Under the pieces are notes generated by a model. The model had not been told where the DNA came from, ran no database searches, and saw only the letters and a program-made list of their open reading frames with translations. From a virus, in the IMG/VR virus record IMGVR_UViG_3300037193_001436, positions 32,001 through 96,000 of that record: a stretch of DNA of 64,000 bases. One strand, given 5' to 3'. The translations under genes and the position numbers were made by a program. This document shows, piece after piece, positions 16,940-25,964 of the stretch; the stretch's first letter is position 1, and each line of letters begins with the position of its first letter.

Positions 16940-18463
16940 CTGCGTCCGGCCAGTCCTGGGGTTGTTGTGGAACTGCGGCCCGAGCTGGGTGTGAACCTGC
17001 CCGCGCTGGAGTGACTGCAGCGGCTTGTCCGGGTTGTTCGGGACGTTGACGCCTTCCCCGGCCCAGTGCCGCACCACCGGGTACTGCTCGGCCGGTGAGG
17101 TGTTCACGTCCGGCCTGCGCATCTGCTGCGAGCCCCAGGTGGCCGCCTGGAACGAGTGCACGTTGTCGGCGTAGTTCACGCCCCGGGACAGTCCCCGCGC
17201 CGCCAGAGTCCGCCTGGTGGCGTAGTCGTTGAGGGCGTGGACGATCGGGGCACCCTCGGCGAGCATCTGCTCCGGCCGGGACAGGCCCCACTCCGGCTTG
17301 ATCTTGCCGGACGCGTCGGAGACGAACTCCTGGGTCTTGCCTCGCTTGGCCGACGCGGGCTGGTCAGCGTAGACACTGCTTCGGACCCCGGCCGCGTCGC
17401 GGTACTTGTGGGACTTCGCCGTCGGCAGGTGCGGTGCCATCACGCTGGCCTCGTGCACATCGGAGACCTTGTAGGCGTCCGGCGAGTCCTTGTTGACCAG
17501 TGCGCCCCGGAACGCGACCGTCTTGGCTGCGGCGTTCGGGTCGCCGTACTGGTGGACCGAGAAGTCGCCGGTGTCCAGCGCCTCTGCGGCCCGGCTGGCC
17601 GCCTTGTCGACGTTGGCCGGGCGTCCGGCGATGAACTTGGCCGGACGCTGCTCCAGGGCGGCGTGGACGGCCTCCTCGCCCTGGTCCAGGTTCGGGTGGC
17701 TCCGCTTGGCCCCGGGCTGTGCCTTCCACATGTTGTTCGGGCTGGTGTCGGCGGCGGCGCTGGCCATCAGGTTGCGCGCGGCCTCGATCCGCTCGGGGTG
17801 GGACAGGTGGCCGGTGGCGTTGACGAAGGACGGGTGCTGGACCAGCCGGTGCACCTTGGACTCGAACATGTCGGGGGTCTCACGCAGGTGCTCCTCGTGC
17901 GTGATGGCGTGCTCGATGTTCGGGAAGTCGGTGGTGACGTGGCCGCCGTAGAACAACTGTGACGCGGACTCGTTGACCCCGGCAACGATGTGTTCGGCGG
18001 TGACCCGGTCCAGGGCCCGGGACTGGGCACGCTCCACCGAGCCGACCGGGTCCCGGGGGTCGTGGCCGAAGTGCTTGAGGACCTGGGTGCCTTTGGTGTA
18101 CTCGCGGCCGGACAGGTCCTCGGCGCGGCGCTGGACGGTGACGCCGGGCTCGTGCTTGTGCGGCTCGTTGATCGCCGGGACGCCCTTCTCGGCGGCGGTG
18201 TTGGGGAACATGTGCCGCGCGCCGGTGACGAAGGTGCGGTACCGGGGGTCGATCGGGTCCATCCGGTAGCCCATCGGGGCGTCCACGGATTCGTCGGTCT
18301 TCTTCGCCAGGTCGCGCAGGCGTCGGCGGTCGGTGACCGGTCGCTCGTAGCCATGCACGGCCTTGGGAGCCGACAGTGTGCGGCCCTGCCCGACGGCGGT
18401 GAACTGGTTCGGTCCCTTGCCGGTGATCGGGTTGGTGAGGTCGTCGGCCTTCTTCTTCGCCAT
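16922..18463 (-). CDS. protein with HhH-glycosylase-like (DUF7178-type) domain
   Basis: FY...AADTSPNNMW...N..KA...KTVAF...VSDVHE...FQAATW pattern. Confidence 0.5.
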   Translation of the reverse strand: MAKKKADDLTNPITGKGPNQFTAVGQGRTLSAPKAVHGYERPVTDRRRLRDLAKKTDESVDAPMGYRMDPIDPRYRTFVTGARHMFPNTAAEKGVPAINEPHKHEPGVTVQRRAEDLSGREYTKGTQVLKHFGHDPRDPVGSVERAQSRALDRVTAEHIVAGVNESASQLFYGGHVTTDFPNIEHAITHEEHLRETPDMFESKVHRLVQHPSFVNATGHLSHPERIEAARNLMASAAADTSPNNMWKAQPGAKRSHPNLDQGEEAVHAALEQRPAKFIAGRPANVDKAASRAAEALDTGDFSVHQYGDPNAAAKTVAFRGALVNKDSPDAYKVSDVHEASVMAPHLPTAKSHKYRDAAGVRSSVYADQPASAKRGKTQEFVSDASGKIKPEWGLSRPEQMLAEGAPIVHALNDYATRRTLAARGLSRGVNYADNVHSFQAATWGSQQMRRPDVNTSPAEQYPVVRHWAGEGVNVPNNPDKPLQSLQRGQVHTQLGPQFHNNPRTGRTQSVFDI

Positions 18464-18466
18464 CTC

Positions 18467-18982
18467 CTACCTCCAGGACGGCAGCAGCCGGGCGGCCTTG
18501 GCAGTGCGGATCGGGTCCACCGGGCCGGGGTCGATGTCGACGCTGCGGGCCAACGCGCCGAGCTGGGAGGGGTTGAGCATGTGGGCCTTGCCCATGTAGT
18601 TGACCTGCTCCTCCGGCGTGCCGGTCGGCGCGAACTTCAGACCGGCGGCCTCGAACTCCAGGCCGGTCTGCGGGTTGAAGCTGTCCGGCCAGAAGTAGTC
18701 CGACGGGTCGATCCGCTCCCCCTTGTGGACGCCGCGCTGGTAGGAGCGCTGGGTGAGCCGGGACTGGATCCCCTTGAGCAGCCGGTCCTCGCGGCGGGAG
18801 TTGACGTTGCCCAGGTAGCCGTCGGGGTACTCGGCCTCCGGCGTGCGGGCAGCGGCGACCGAGCGGCGGGCGTCGAGGATGTCGCGGTACCCGATCAGGT
18901 CGGTCCGACCGCCGCCGCCGTAGGTGGGCGTGCCGGGCTGGCTGACCCCGAAGGGCGCGAGGTACTGCCAGTTGGTGGTCAC
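18467..18982 (-). CDS. hypothetical protein
   Basis: YPDGYLG motif, codon usage, GTGA overlap. Confidence 0.7.
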   Translation of the reverse strand: MTTNWQYLAPFGVSQPGTPTYGGGGRTDLIGYRDILDARRSVAAARTPEAEYPDGYLGNVNSRREDRLLKGIQSRLTQRSYQRGVHKGERIDPSDYFWPDSFNPQTGLEFEAAGLKFAPTGTPEEQVNYMGKAHMLNPSQLGALARSVDIDPGPVDPIRTAKAARLLPSWR

Positions 18983-19497
18983 TTGATGCCCCGGGCCTTC
19001 TTGCCGTGCTTGGTGAGGACTTCCTCACCGGCCTCGTTGTCCCAGTACGCTTCCTCGTTGCGCTTGGTGGCGACGCTCATGGCCTGCTGGTGGGTGGTGA
19101 ACGCGCTGGAGGCGTCCAGGTCGACCCGGCCGGGAGCCACCCAGGACCCGGCGATCGCGCCGCGCCGGTTGCCGGTGGTGCTGCGGATGTTCTCGATGTG
19201 CTCCATCGCGGTGGGGGTGTCGACGTGCGGGACCTGCTTGGTCGGGATGCGCTCGCCCTTGGTGTCCGGCTCGCCGCCGACCACGTAGGCCTTGTCGACC
19301 CCGGCGTTCAGGAACCGGTTGGAGTGGGTGTTGAAGCTGGCTCCGCCCTCGGCGTGGGTGCGGATGGCGAACTGGACGCCGTTCAGCAGCGGGACGTCGC
19401 GGCGCAGCGAGGGAAGCTGGCCCTGCCGGGGCAGGCTCTCGCGGATCCCCTTCAGTCCGGGCACGTCAGCCAGCGGGGGGAACTTCCCGAGTGCCAT
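18979..19497 (-). CDS. hypothetical protein (GGxS..YxV..GxW..xDxS..A..A..NExAxWD family)
   Basis: AGGAGG RBS; motif pattern seen in phage proteins. Confidence 0.7.
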   Translation of the reverse strand: MALGKFPPLADVPGLKGIRESLPRQGQLPSLRRDVPLLNGVQFAIRTHAEGGASFNTHSNRFLNAGVDKAYVVGGEPDTKGERIPTKQVPHVDTPTAMEHIENIRSTTGNRRGAIAGSWVAPGRVDLDASSAFTTHQQAMSVATKRNEEAYWDNEAGEEVLTKHGKKARGIK

Positions 19498-19539
19498 GAC
19501 AACTTCCTCCTAGTTGTTGCTTTCCCGTAGGCTGGTGCT

Positions 19540-19758
19540 GTGACGACCCATCTGACGGCGGTGAAAATGGAGGTTCCGACACCGCCGCATGACTACTGGG
19601 CCTGGTGCGAGACCTGCGCCCGGCAGGTGGGTCCTGTGGTCGGATACTCGATCGTTGCCCAAGACATCTGTTCGGCGCACGAGGAGCACCCTGACCTGCC
19701 GGACGATGAGCTGATGACGCTCATCCCCAGTAGGGGTTTTGGCCGTACTGACGCTTGA
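19540..19758 (+). CDS. small Cys/His protein, counter-oriented, probably leaderless
   Basis: AWCETC...C..H motif; TAGGCT 6 nt before GTG. Confidence 0.6.
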   Translation: MTTHLTAVKMEVPTPPHDYWAWCETCARQVGPVVGYSIVAQDICSAHEEHPDLPDDELMTLIPSRGFGRTDA

Positions 19759-20047
19759 GGTAGAAGTCGCGATTCCCAACTGCCGACGGCACGATCCGGG
19801 TGTTCCGGAGCGTCTGTGCGGCCTCGGGAGCGGTCGGGTAGCCCATCACGGTCTGCGGTGCGCCCTTGAACCCCAGGCGCTCCATGGTGCCCTGCCGGTG
19901 CGCGGCCGTGGCACCCTCCGGGCTGGCCGAGACGGTGCTCTTCTTCCTGACCGGCTTGGTGTGCTTGCTCGGGGCCCCGGAGACGTTCTTGGCCCGAGCC
20001 ATGCTCTTGCCCATCTTCGGGAAGTTGGTGGTCGTCTTGTCAGCCAT
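19721..20047 (-). CDS. basic hypothetical protein
   Basis: Codon usage, operon packing. Confidence 0.65.
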   Translation of the reverse strand: MADKTTTNFPKMGKSMARAKNVSGAPSKHTKPVRKKSTVSASPEGATAAHRQGTMERLGFKGAPQTVMGYPTAPEAAQTLRNTRIVPSAVGNRDFYLKRQYGQNPYWG

Positions 20048-20050
20048 CGC

Positions 20051-20362
20051 TCATCCAAACGCCTTGAGGTCGGGGGGACGCTCGGCCCGGAGCCATAGGC
20101 TCTTGTCGAACGTGGAGTCGGACTGCCCGATCGGCGACTTCGGCACACCGAGCTTCGCCCGCTCCCAGTCCATCGACCCAAGCGCGTTCCTGCTGGGCTG
20201 CAGGTTGTCCAGGAGCGAGGTCCGTCGGTAGGTCCGCAGGCCGCCGCCGACGGCGTTCTGGAGCGTGCGGAACTGCGGCTGCCGCACCCTGGTAGCCGCT
20301 TCCTGGAACTCCTGTGACCGTCCGGCCAGTGGTTCTTCCGGAACAGCAATCCCGTTCGCCAT
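20051..20362 (-). CDS. hypothetical protein
   Basis: Codon usage, RBS. Confidence 0.65.
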   Translation of the reverse strand: MANGIAVPEEPLAGRSQEFQEAATRVRQPQFRTLQNAVGGGLRTYRRTSLLDNLQPSRNALGSMDWERAKLGVPKSPIGQSDSTFDKSLWLRAERPPDLKAFG

Positions 20363-20411
20363 CGAGAAACCCTTTCCGGAAACCAGTTTAGATCGGGCGT
20401 TGCCTCCGGTA

Positions 20412-20699
20412 TCAGTCGTGGAAGACGCGGAAGGCGATGCCGGACATCTTCTTGCCGTCCGGCATGGTGACGTCGGCGAAGCCGGGGCGGCAGGTCAGGG
20501 TGATGCCGCGCGGTGCGACGTAGGCCTGGGCGATGGCGATCGCCTTCACGGCCTGGTTGACGGCTCCGGCCCCGACGGCTCGCAGGGTGACCGGCTTGTT
20601 GTCGTAGACGGCGTGTGCGATGGCGGACGCGAGGGTGCCAGGGGGCGAGGAGGCCGCGACCTTCAGGACCTCGTCCTTGGGGGTTTCCGTGGTGGCCAT
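20412..20699 (-). CDS. spoVS: stage V sporulation protein S family (Alba-like fold)
   Basis: EVLKVAASSPP..LASAIA...LRAVGAGAVNQAVKAIAIA..Y..PRG..L.C.PGF is the SpoVS signature. Confidence 0.9.
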   Translation of the reverse strand: MATTETPKDEVLKVAASSPPGTLASAIAHAVYDNKPVTLRAVGAGAVNQAVKAIAIAQAYVAPRGITLTCRPGFADVTMPDGKKMSGIAFRVFHD

Positions 20700-20752
20700 G
20701 TAGGTGCTCCTGCTGAGATCCGGGTCGGCTCCTCAACCGTAAGCGAGCACTG

Positions 20753-21328
20753 TCACGGGGTGGGAATTGTTGCCGGGGGCATCTCGGTATGCGGGTGTAC
20801 CGACTTCAGCGCCTCCTTCTCGTAGGCCAGCTCGGCGTTGCCGGTGTGGATGGCCATGGCGACGCGGGCCAGGGAGTAGGCGTCGGCGAGGTTGTCGTCG
20901 CTGGTTTCGAAGCCCCACTTCTTGTAGACCGCCAGCAGCATGTTGTTCTTCTTCGCCGCGCCGTTGCCGGTGACGAACTTCTTCAGGCTGCTGGGCTTGA
21001 CGATGGTCGGGTAGCGCAGGTCGCCGTGCTCGTCGTTGAACCGGTCGAAGTAGTCGTAGACGGCGAGCTTGACGATGGCTCCGAGTTCACCGGCCTGTTC
21101 CCGGCCGAACTTCGAGGCGTTGGAGTACCCCTCCATGCAGATGTGCGCGACGTCGTCGGTCTCGGAGAATAGCTTGAACAAGTGCTGGTAGATCGAGAGC
21201 AGTCGCTCGATCCCGTTCCCGGTCTTGGCGTCGAAGCTCTTGAGGTTGCCGACGATGTCGGTGCCGTCGGCATCGAGTGAGACGAAGGCGAAGCCGGTGT
21301 AGGACTGGTCGATGCCGACGTATCTCAC
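20753..21328 (-). CDS. RuvC-like Holliday junction resolvase
   Basis: YVGIDQS, CMEGY, LKKFVTGNG.A.K, DNLADA. Confidence 0.85.
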   Translation of the reverse strand: MRYVGIDQSYTGFAFVSLDADGTDIVGNLKSFDAKTGNGIERLLSIYQHLFKLFSETDDVAHICMEGYSNASKFGREQAGELGAIVKLAVYDYFDRFNDEHGDLRYPTIVKPSSLKKFVTGNGAAKKNNMLLAVYKKWGFETSDDNLADAYSLARVAMAIHTGNAELAYEKEALKSVHPHTEMPPATIPTP

Positions 21329-21621
21329 GCCTGGTCCTGCTCGTGCGCGAGCTTGATCACGGCCTCGTTGACGTACTCGCAGGCGGCACGAGGGACCTGG
21401 TTGAGCATCCGCTGCACGTCCGGGCTCTTCTCGACCTCGTCCCAGCCGAACGACCGGACTCCGAGTTCGAGGGTGATCCAGGTGCCTCGGGGGATGATCT
21501 CCTTGCCGTACTTCCCGGCGGAGTCGTAGTAGAAGTGCGGGTTGATCCGCAGCAGCGTCTCGCGCCGGGCGTTGATGAGCGCGGTGTGTTCCGGGGCCAG
21601 CTCGTCGTAGGGGATTGCCAT
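21325..21621 (-). CDS. hypothetical protein
   Basis: AGGAG RBS. Confidence 0.65.
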   Translation of the reverse strand: MAIPYDELAPEHTALINARRETLLRINPHFYYDSAGKYGKEIIPRGTWITLELGVRSFGWDEVEKSPDVQRMLNQVPRAACEYVNEAVIKLAHEQDQA

Positions 21622-21629
21622 CTCTGCTC

Positions 21630-22139
21630 CTAGGGGTTCCAGCGCTCGACCCGGCGTTCGCGGGTGTCCCGGTTGACCCGGCGGGTCAGCTCGCGGGACA
21701 GGAGTGCTGCGGTGCGTTCTGAGTTGTCGTACACGGCGGTGATGAGCTTGCGGAACGCGTAGGCGCGCTGCTGCTCGTTCAGGGCGTCGAGGTACTGCTG
21801 GTCGGTGTAGGCGTGCGCCTTGGCGGCGGCGACGGTCTTCTCTGACTTGTTCTCAAGGCTCTTCAGGGCCTTGATCTTCTCGACGACGGCGTCGGCGTAC
21901 CGTTCGTCGACCTCGGCTGCGGCTACCTGGGCGCTCAGATACTCGCTCCATCGCGTCGTCCGGGTGAACAGCTTCATCAGCGCGGCGTCGGACTCCTCGG
22001 TGAGATCGTCCGGCGGTTCGGGGGCGGCGTGGCGTGGTCTGGTTGGCATCACGATCCCGTGCTGCTCCAGCTTCCGCTTCGCCTCCAGGCTCCGCAGCCC
22101 CATCTCCAGTGTCACGTTGCGGCTGACGGTCCGTGCCAT
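21630..22139 (-). CDS. UvsY-like helical recombination mediator (tentative)
   Basis: Long helical pattern ending LSRELTRR; position in the RecA/nuclease module; GGAGG RBS. Confidence 0.45.
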   Translation of the reverse strand: MARTVSRNVTLEMGLRSLEAKRKLEQHGIVMPTRPRHAAPEPPDDLTEESDAALMKLFTRTTRWSEYLSAQVAAAEVDERYADAVVEKIKALKSLENKSEKTVAAAKAHAYTDQQYLDALNEQQRAYAFRKLITAVYDNSERTAALLSRELTRRVNRDTRERRVERWNP

Positions 22140-23088
22140 CGCTGTCCTCCTTCCAGCACACACCGAGGAACGGGCACTTGGTGCAGGGTGCGGACTTGGG
22201 TGTGTAGTCCTTCGGCCGGTCCAGAACGGTGCCCTCGGCAACGGCGAACTTGATGTCGCGTGCGGTCTCGAACAGCTCGTGGGTGACCTCGGGGTCGTAG
22301 GTGATGGTGAACTCTTTGGGCTGCTGGTTGGCCTTGTTCTCGTACAGGAACACCATCCGGTAGAACGGCAGGCCCATCAGGTTGGCCAGTCGCAGGTAGA
22401 TCTGAGCCTGCCGCCGGTGGCTCGGGAAGGGGCGCTTGATGCCATTCCAGAGCGAGTCCAGGTCGATCACGCTCTTGCCGTCGGTGGTCTTCTTCGTGTG
22501 CTTCCTGACCAGCTCAGGCTCTTCGATGCGGATGGTGCCGGTACCGATGGTTTTGATTTCGACCAGCGACTCGATGTCGATGACTCCGCCGTCGGCGTGC
22601 CCGGCGATCAGGTAGCGGTCCTCGGCCTGTAGGGGGACCTCGCGGTAGGCCAGGGTCTCCGCCGAGCACTCCGGGCATTCCTGGGGTGCCGTGTCTTCCC
22701 AGACCCATCCGCAGGCCAGGCAGATCCACCGGCCGTAGAGGCGGCCCATGCGCCACAGCCAGGTCTGCCACTTGGTGTGTGCGGTGTTGCCGGTCTCGAA
22801 GATGCTCGCGGTGCCGTAGCCGATCGCCTCGTCGTTGTTGGGGATCTGTCCGAGGATCCGGTAGCAGGTGGCGCGTGGGCACCAGTCGGCTTTGGCCATC
22901 TCCGAGGGGTGGATGATGTCGGCGCGGCGTTCGGTCTTGTCCCGGGCGACTTCCTTGACGACGTGGGCTTGGATGTCGCCGAGAAGGACACTGCTCTGCT
23001 TGCGGACCTCGGCGCGTACCTTGAGGGCTGGTGCGAGCTTGCGTTGGGCAGGCTTCGCCTTAGCTCGCGGCTTTCTGGTGGTCGGCAT
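21853..23088 (-). CDS. Cas4-like PD-(D/E)xK exonuclease with Zn-ribbon insert
   Basis: HPSE...CPR, GHADG, EIKT, QAQIY, CxxCPF..C. Confidence 0.85.
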   Translation of the reverse strand: MPTTRKPRAKAKPAQRKLAPALKVRAEVRKQSSVLLGDIQAHVVKEVARDKTERRADIIHPSEMAKADWCPRATCYRILGQIPNNDEAIGYGTASIFETGNTAHTKWQTWLWRMGRLYGRWICLACGWVWEDTAPQECPECSAETLAYREVPLQAEDRYLIAGHADGGVIDIESLVEIKTIGTGTIRIEEPELVRKHTKKTTDGKSVIDLDSLWNGIKRPFPSHRRQAQIYLRLANLMGLPFYRMVFLYENKANQQPKEFTITYDPEVTHELFETARDIKFAVAEGTVLDRPKDYTPKSAPCTKCPFLGVCWKEDSDGTDRQPQRDTGDGAAEPGGEAEAGAARDRDANQTTPRRPRTAGRSHRGVRRRADEAVHPDDAMERVSERPGSRSRGRRTVRRRRRREDQGPEEP

Positions 23089-23470
23089 ACTCCTCGTCGT
23101 CCTCCTCCCCCGGCTCGTCGGAGAAGAACGCCGAGGGCGGCACCTGCTCCATCAGCCCGAATGCCATGGGGTTGGGGTAGGACCACATATGCATCGGGAA
23201 CGTCTTGCGGATCCAGCGGCGCTGCATCAGGTTGAAGCCGCCGAAGATCCCGTACTGTTCGTTGTTGATCAGGGCCCTGCCGAGGCAGGCCGCGCGCATA
23301 GGGCATTCCTGGCCGTCGTAGGTGCCGACGCAGATCTCGGCGGCTTCCTCCTCCTCGTCGAACCAGGGGTCCCGGCCTCGGGTGACCTGGAACTTGCGAC
23401 ACTTCGCCTCTGCGAACCGGTCGCCGTCGGCTGACCAGTCCGGCGCGAGGCGTCGTGACTTCAGGACCAT
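23060..23470 (-). CDS. whiB: WhiB-family Fe-S transcription factor
   Basis: Four Cys (AKC...IC...ECPMRAAC) and YGIFGG. Confidence 0.85.
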   Translation of the reverse strand: MVLKSRRLAPDWSADGDRFAEAKCRKFQVTRGRDPWFDEEEEAAEICVGTYDGQECPMRAACLGRALINNEQYGIFGGFNLMQRRWIRKTFPMHMWSYPNPMAFGLMEQVPPSAFFSDEPGEEDDEEYADHQKAAS

Positions 23471-23775
23471 CCAGCGTCCTCCCGCATCCGCTCCCAGTCA
23501 TCCTTGTTCATGACGACCCAGCTACTCCCGGCCATTTCGATGCCGAAGGCAAACTCTCTGCCGTCCAGCAGGGCGTGGTTCTCCGCAACCCGCAGGTCGG
23601 CCAGCCGCAGCGTGAACTGGCGGGACTTGGTGGTCTTCAGCTCGACAGACCAGCGCTCGGAGCGGACGTCGTTCTTCCGGGACCAGGTGTTCCCGGAGCC
23701 GGGTGTGGTCCGGCCGCCGAGGTCGTCGGCCCAGTCACGTTCCTGGCGCTGTGAGCGCTTGAGGTCGTCATTCAT
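23461..23775 (-). CDS. Hjc-like PD-(D/E)xK resolvase
   Basis: QE...LGGRTTPGSG...KNDV...VELKTT. Confidence 0.75.
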   Translation of the reverse strand: MNDDLKRSQRQERDWADDLGGRTTPGSGNTWSRKNDVRSERWSVELKTTKSRQFTLRLADLRVAENHALLDGREFAFGIEMAGSSWVVMNKDDWERMREDAGWS

Positions 23776-23932
23776 GGCGGATCCCCAGCAGTGCTTCAGC
23801 CCGGCGGGTGCCCGCCTCGGTGAGCCGGAAGCGGAGCTGACCGTCGGGGTCGACGCCGACGATCTCGACGAGTCCCTGCTCCACCAGCTCGCTGAGGTCG
23901 TGTTCGGTGGCGGCAAGTTCGGGGTCGCTCAT
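23768..23932 (-). CDS. 54-aa winged-helix-like fragment protein
   Basis: Hand translation LSELVEQGLVEIVG...FRLTEAG; overlaps both neighbours. Confidence 0.55.
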   Translation of the reverse strand: MSDPELAATEHDLSELVEQGLVEIVGVDPDGQLRFRLTEAGTRRAEALLGIRHE

Positions 23933-24132
23933 GGCTGGCCGTCCGTGGGCTTGTACTCGTATTGATTTACCAGCTCCTGGATCTCACGGATGTGCTCGCG
24001 CTCCTGCTCCTTGAACAGCTCCTCGGCGCGGTTCAGCCGGGCGGCCAACCGGATGGCGGCGGTCAGGATCCAGGAAGTCATCACCATCCAGAACACCGAC
24101 AGGCCGAGGAACAGCCAGGCCCAGCCAGTCAT
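23929..24132 (-). CDS. single-TM membrane protein
   Basis: N-terminal hydrophobic helix; GGAGG RBS. Confidence 0.7.
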   Translation of the reverse strand: MTGWAWLFLGLSVFWMVMTSWILTAAIRLAARLNRAEELFKEQEREHIREIQELVNQYEYKPTDGQP

Positions 24133-25298
24133 GCGACCTCCCGGTGACGGCGGTGGATCGTTCGGACTCCGGCGTTCTCGGCACTGGTGAGGTCGGACTC
24201 GGTGACGCCCTTCTTGCGCAGGGGATCCAGAGCCACCTCACGTACCCGCTGGCCGATCTCGTTGCAGAGGGCAACGTCCTCGCGGATGCCCGCGAACATG
24301 GCGTCCTTGCCGGTCCACTTGCGGTCTCCGAAGCGGAACGTCGCGCCACCCCGGGTGATCACGTCGTACACCAAAGCCATCGCGACCAGTTCCTTGGTGA
24401 CGTCATAGTCACCACGCTCGAATCCGAGCAGCGGCGCGTCGCGGAAGTAGAAGTCGATGTAGGCGACCTGCTGGGGTGCAGCGGACTTGTTCTTGATGGT
24501 GCGGACCTTGATCTTCTGACCGACCTTGATCTTGCCCTTGCCGGGCGTGGCCTGCTCGATCCACTCGTCCCTGGCGACCTCGACTCTGCAGTAGAACGCG
24601 TAGTTCTTGGCGTTGCCACCGGGCGAGGTCTTCGGGGTGCCGTGCGGAGCGTAGGCACCGATCTTGTCGCGGTACTGGTTGATGATGAACCCCAGCATCG
24701 GGCGTTCTTCGAGGACCAGGGATCGGCGGGTTGCGGACCCGGCCTTGCGGAAAAACTTGCCCGTCAATCTGGCCCCAAGGGCCATCACCGCCTCATCCAT
24801 CGCCTTCTCCTCTTCCTCCTTGGGGATGAGGGCCGGGTAGGAGTCGAGGACCACGCAGTCGACGGCGCGGGCGGACGCGTACTTGAGCATCGTCTCGTAG
24901 GCGACTTCCATCTCCTGGGTGGGAACGACTTGGACCCGGGAGTTGTCGACGCCGAGGGCGGTGGCCTGGTCGACGTCGTAGTGCTCGGCGGCCACCCAGA
25001 GCGTGGAGAAGTCCGGGTCGAGTTGTTGGTTCGCCGCGATGGTCTTGAGGACGATGGCCGTCTTCCCGTGGCTCTCCAGGCCCAGGATCTCGGCCCACTG
25101 ATTGCCCGGCCAACCGCCTCCGAGGGCGACGTCGAGACTGAGACTGCCGGAGGTGTACCGGCGCGCGACCCGCATGTCGCTGGCGAGGACCACCGATCCC
25201 TCGCCGAGGCGCTTGTTGAGTTCTGCGGCCAACGAAACTGCCTCGACGCTGAGTCCCACGGTGATGTCCTTCCGAGTGGTGTTCGGATCGGCACTCAC
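24129..25298 (-). CDS. recA: RecA-like recombinase
   Basis: SGSLSLDVALGGG, Walker A GLESHGKT, VVLDS, INQYR..IG, PGGNA. Confidence 0.95.
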   Translation of the reverse strand: MSADPNTTRKDITVGLSVEAVSLAAELNKRLGEGSVVLASDMRVARRYTSGSLSLDVALGGGWPGNQWAEILGLESHGKTAIVLKTIAANQQLDPDFSTLWVAAEHYDVDQATALGVDNSRVQVVPTQEMEVAYETMLKYASARAVDCVVLDSYPALIPKEEEEKAMDEAVMALGARLTGKFFRKAGSATRRSLVLEERPMLGFIINQYRDKIGAYAPHGTPKTSPGGNAKNYAFYCRVEVARDEWIEQATPGKGKIKVGQKIKVRTIKNKSAAPQQVAYIDFYFRDAPLLGFERGDYDVTKELVAMALVYDVITRGGATFRFGDRKWTGKDAMFAGIREDVALCNEIGQRVREVALDPLRKKGVTESDLTSAENAGVRTIHRRHREVA

Positions 25299-25330
25299 TC
25301 TAGGGACCCGGATAGGCCTTCCGTAGTTGG

Positions 25331-25582
25331 TTAACCCGAATCATCAAGTGCATTCAGGTGGTCTTTCCATAACGCGATTGCCTCGGGCAAGGAGTGGACC
25401 TGGCCGAGGGTGTCGTAGCCGGTGAACCGGGACGATGGTCTAACAACTTGGCTCATGCAGGAGCAGCGCACGTTGAGGATCTTGGCGTTGCTGTTGGTGG
25501 GGGCGGTCAGCCGCAGCCGATGCGGGAGGTCCCGCAGCTCGGCGAGGTCGGCGTCGTTCAGGAAGGACCAGTTCCTGTCCAC
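25331..25582 (-). CDS. hypothetical protein
   Basis: GAGG RBS, GTG start; lower GC content. Confidence 0.5.
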   Translation of the reverse strand: MDRNWSFLNDADLAELRDLPHRLRLTAPTNSNAKILNVRCSCMSQVVRPSSRFTGYDTLGQVHSLPEAIALWKDHLNALDDSG

Positions 25583-25592
25583 GACCGGGGCC

Positions 25593-25958
25593 TCAGCCGA
25601 CGCGCCCGATGATGTTGGTCGGCTGATAGTTGTTGGTCGTACTGACCTGGCGCGAGGCCTGCGCGGGTGCGGACTGTCCGGCAGGCAGTCCCCCGGCACC
25701 GGACTGTTGCCCGAAGCGCGGGTTGTAGCCGCAGTCGTAGCAGCGCACCATCTTGGTGGAATCGCCGGGGCTGCCGGTGTAGTTGCCGGACCCGCACTCG
25801 GGGCACGCCTTCGTCGAGCGGCTGCTCGGAGCCTTGGGATTGATCTGGTGCGTGGGGGCCACTGTGTAGGGCGCGGTGATCGTTGGCGGGTGGTACGTCG
25901 TCGCCGGTATGGCGGCCGGTTGCACGTTTCCCAGACGCTTCGTCCAGAAGTCACTCAT
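25593..25958 (-). CDS. zinc-ribbon protein
   Basis: CPECGSGNY...RCYDCGY. Confidence 0.75.
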   Translation of the reverse strand: MSDFWTKRLGNVQPAAIPATTYHPPTITAPYTVAPTHQINPKAPSSRSTKACPECGSGNYTGSPGDSTKMVRCYDCGYNPRFGQQSGAGGLPAGQSAPAQASRQVSTTNNYQPTNIIGRVG

Positions 25959-25964
25959 CGGTGG

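Noticed and set aside
21853-23088. Cas4 as evidence of a CRISPR system
   Set aside because: Stand-alone Cas4-like exonucleases are common in phage recombination modules; no cas1/cas2 or array
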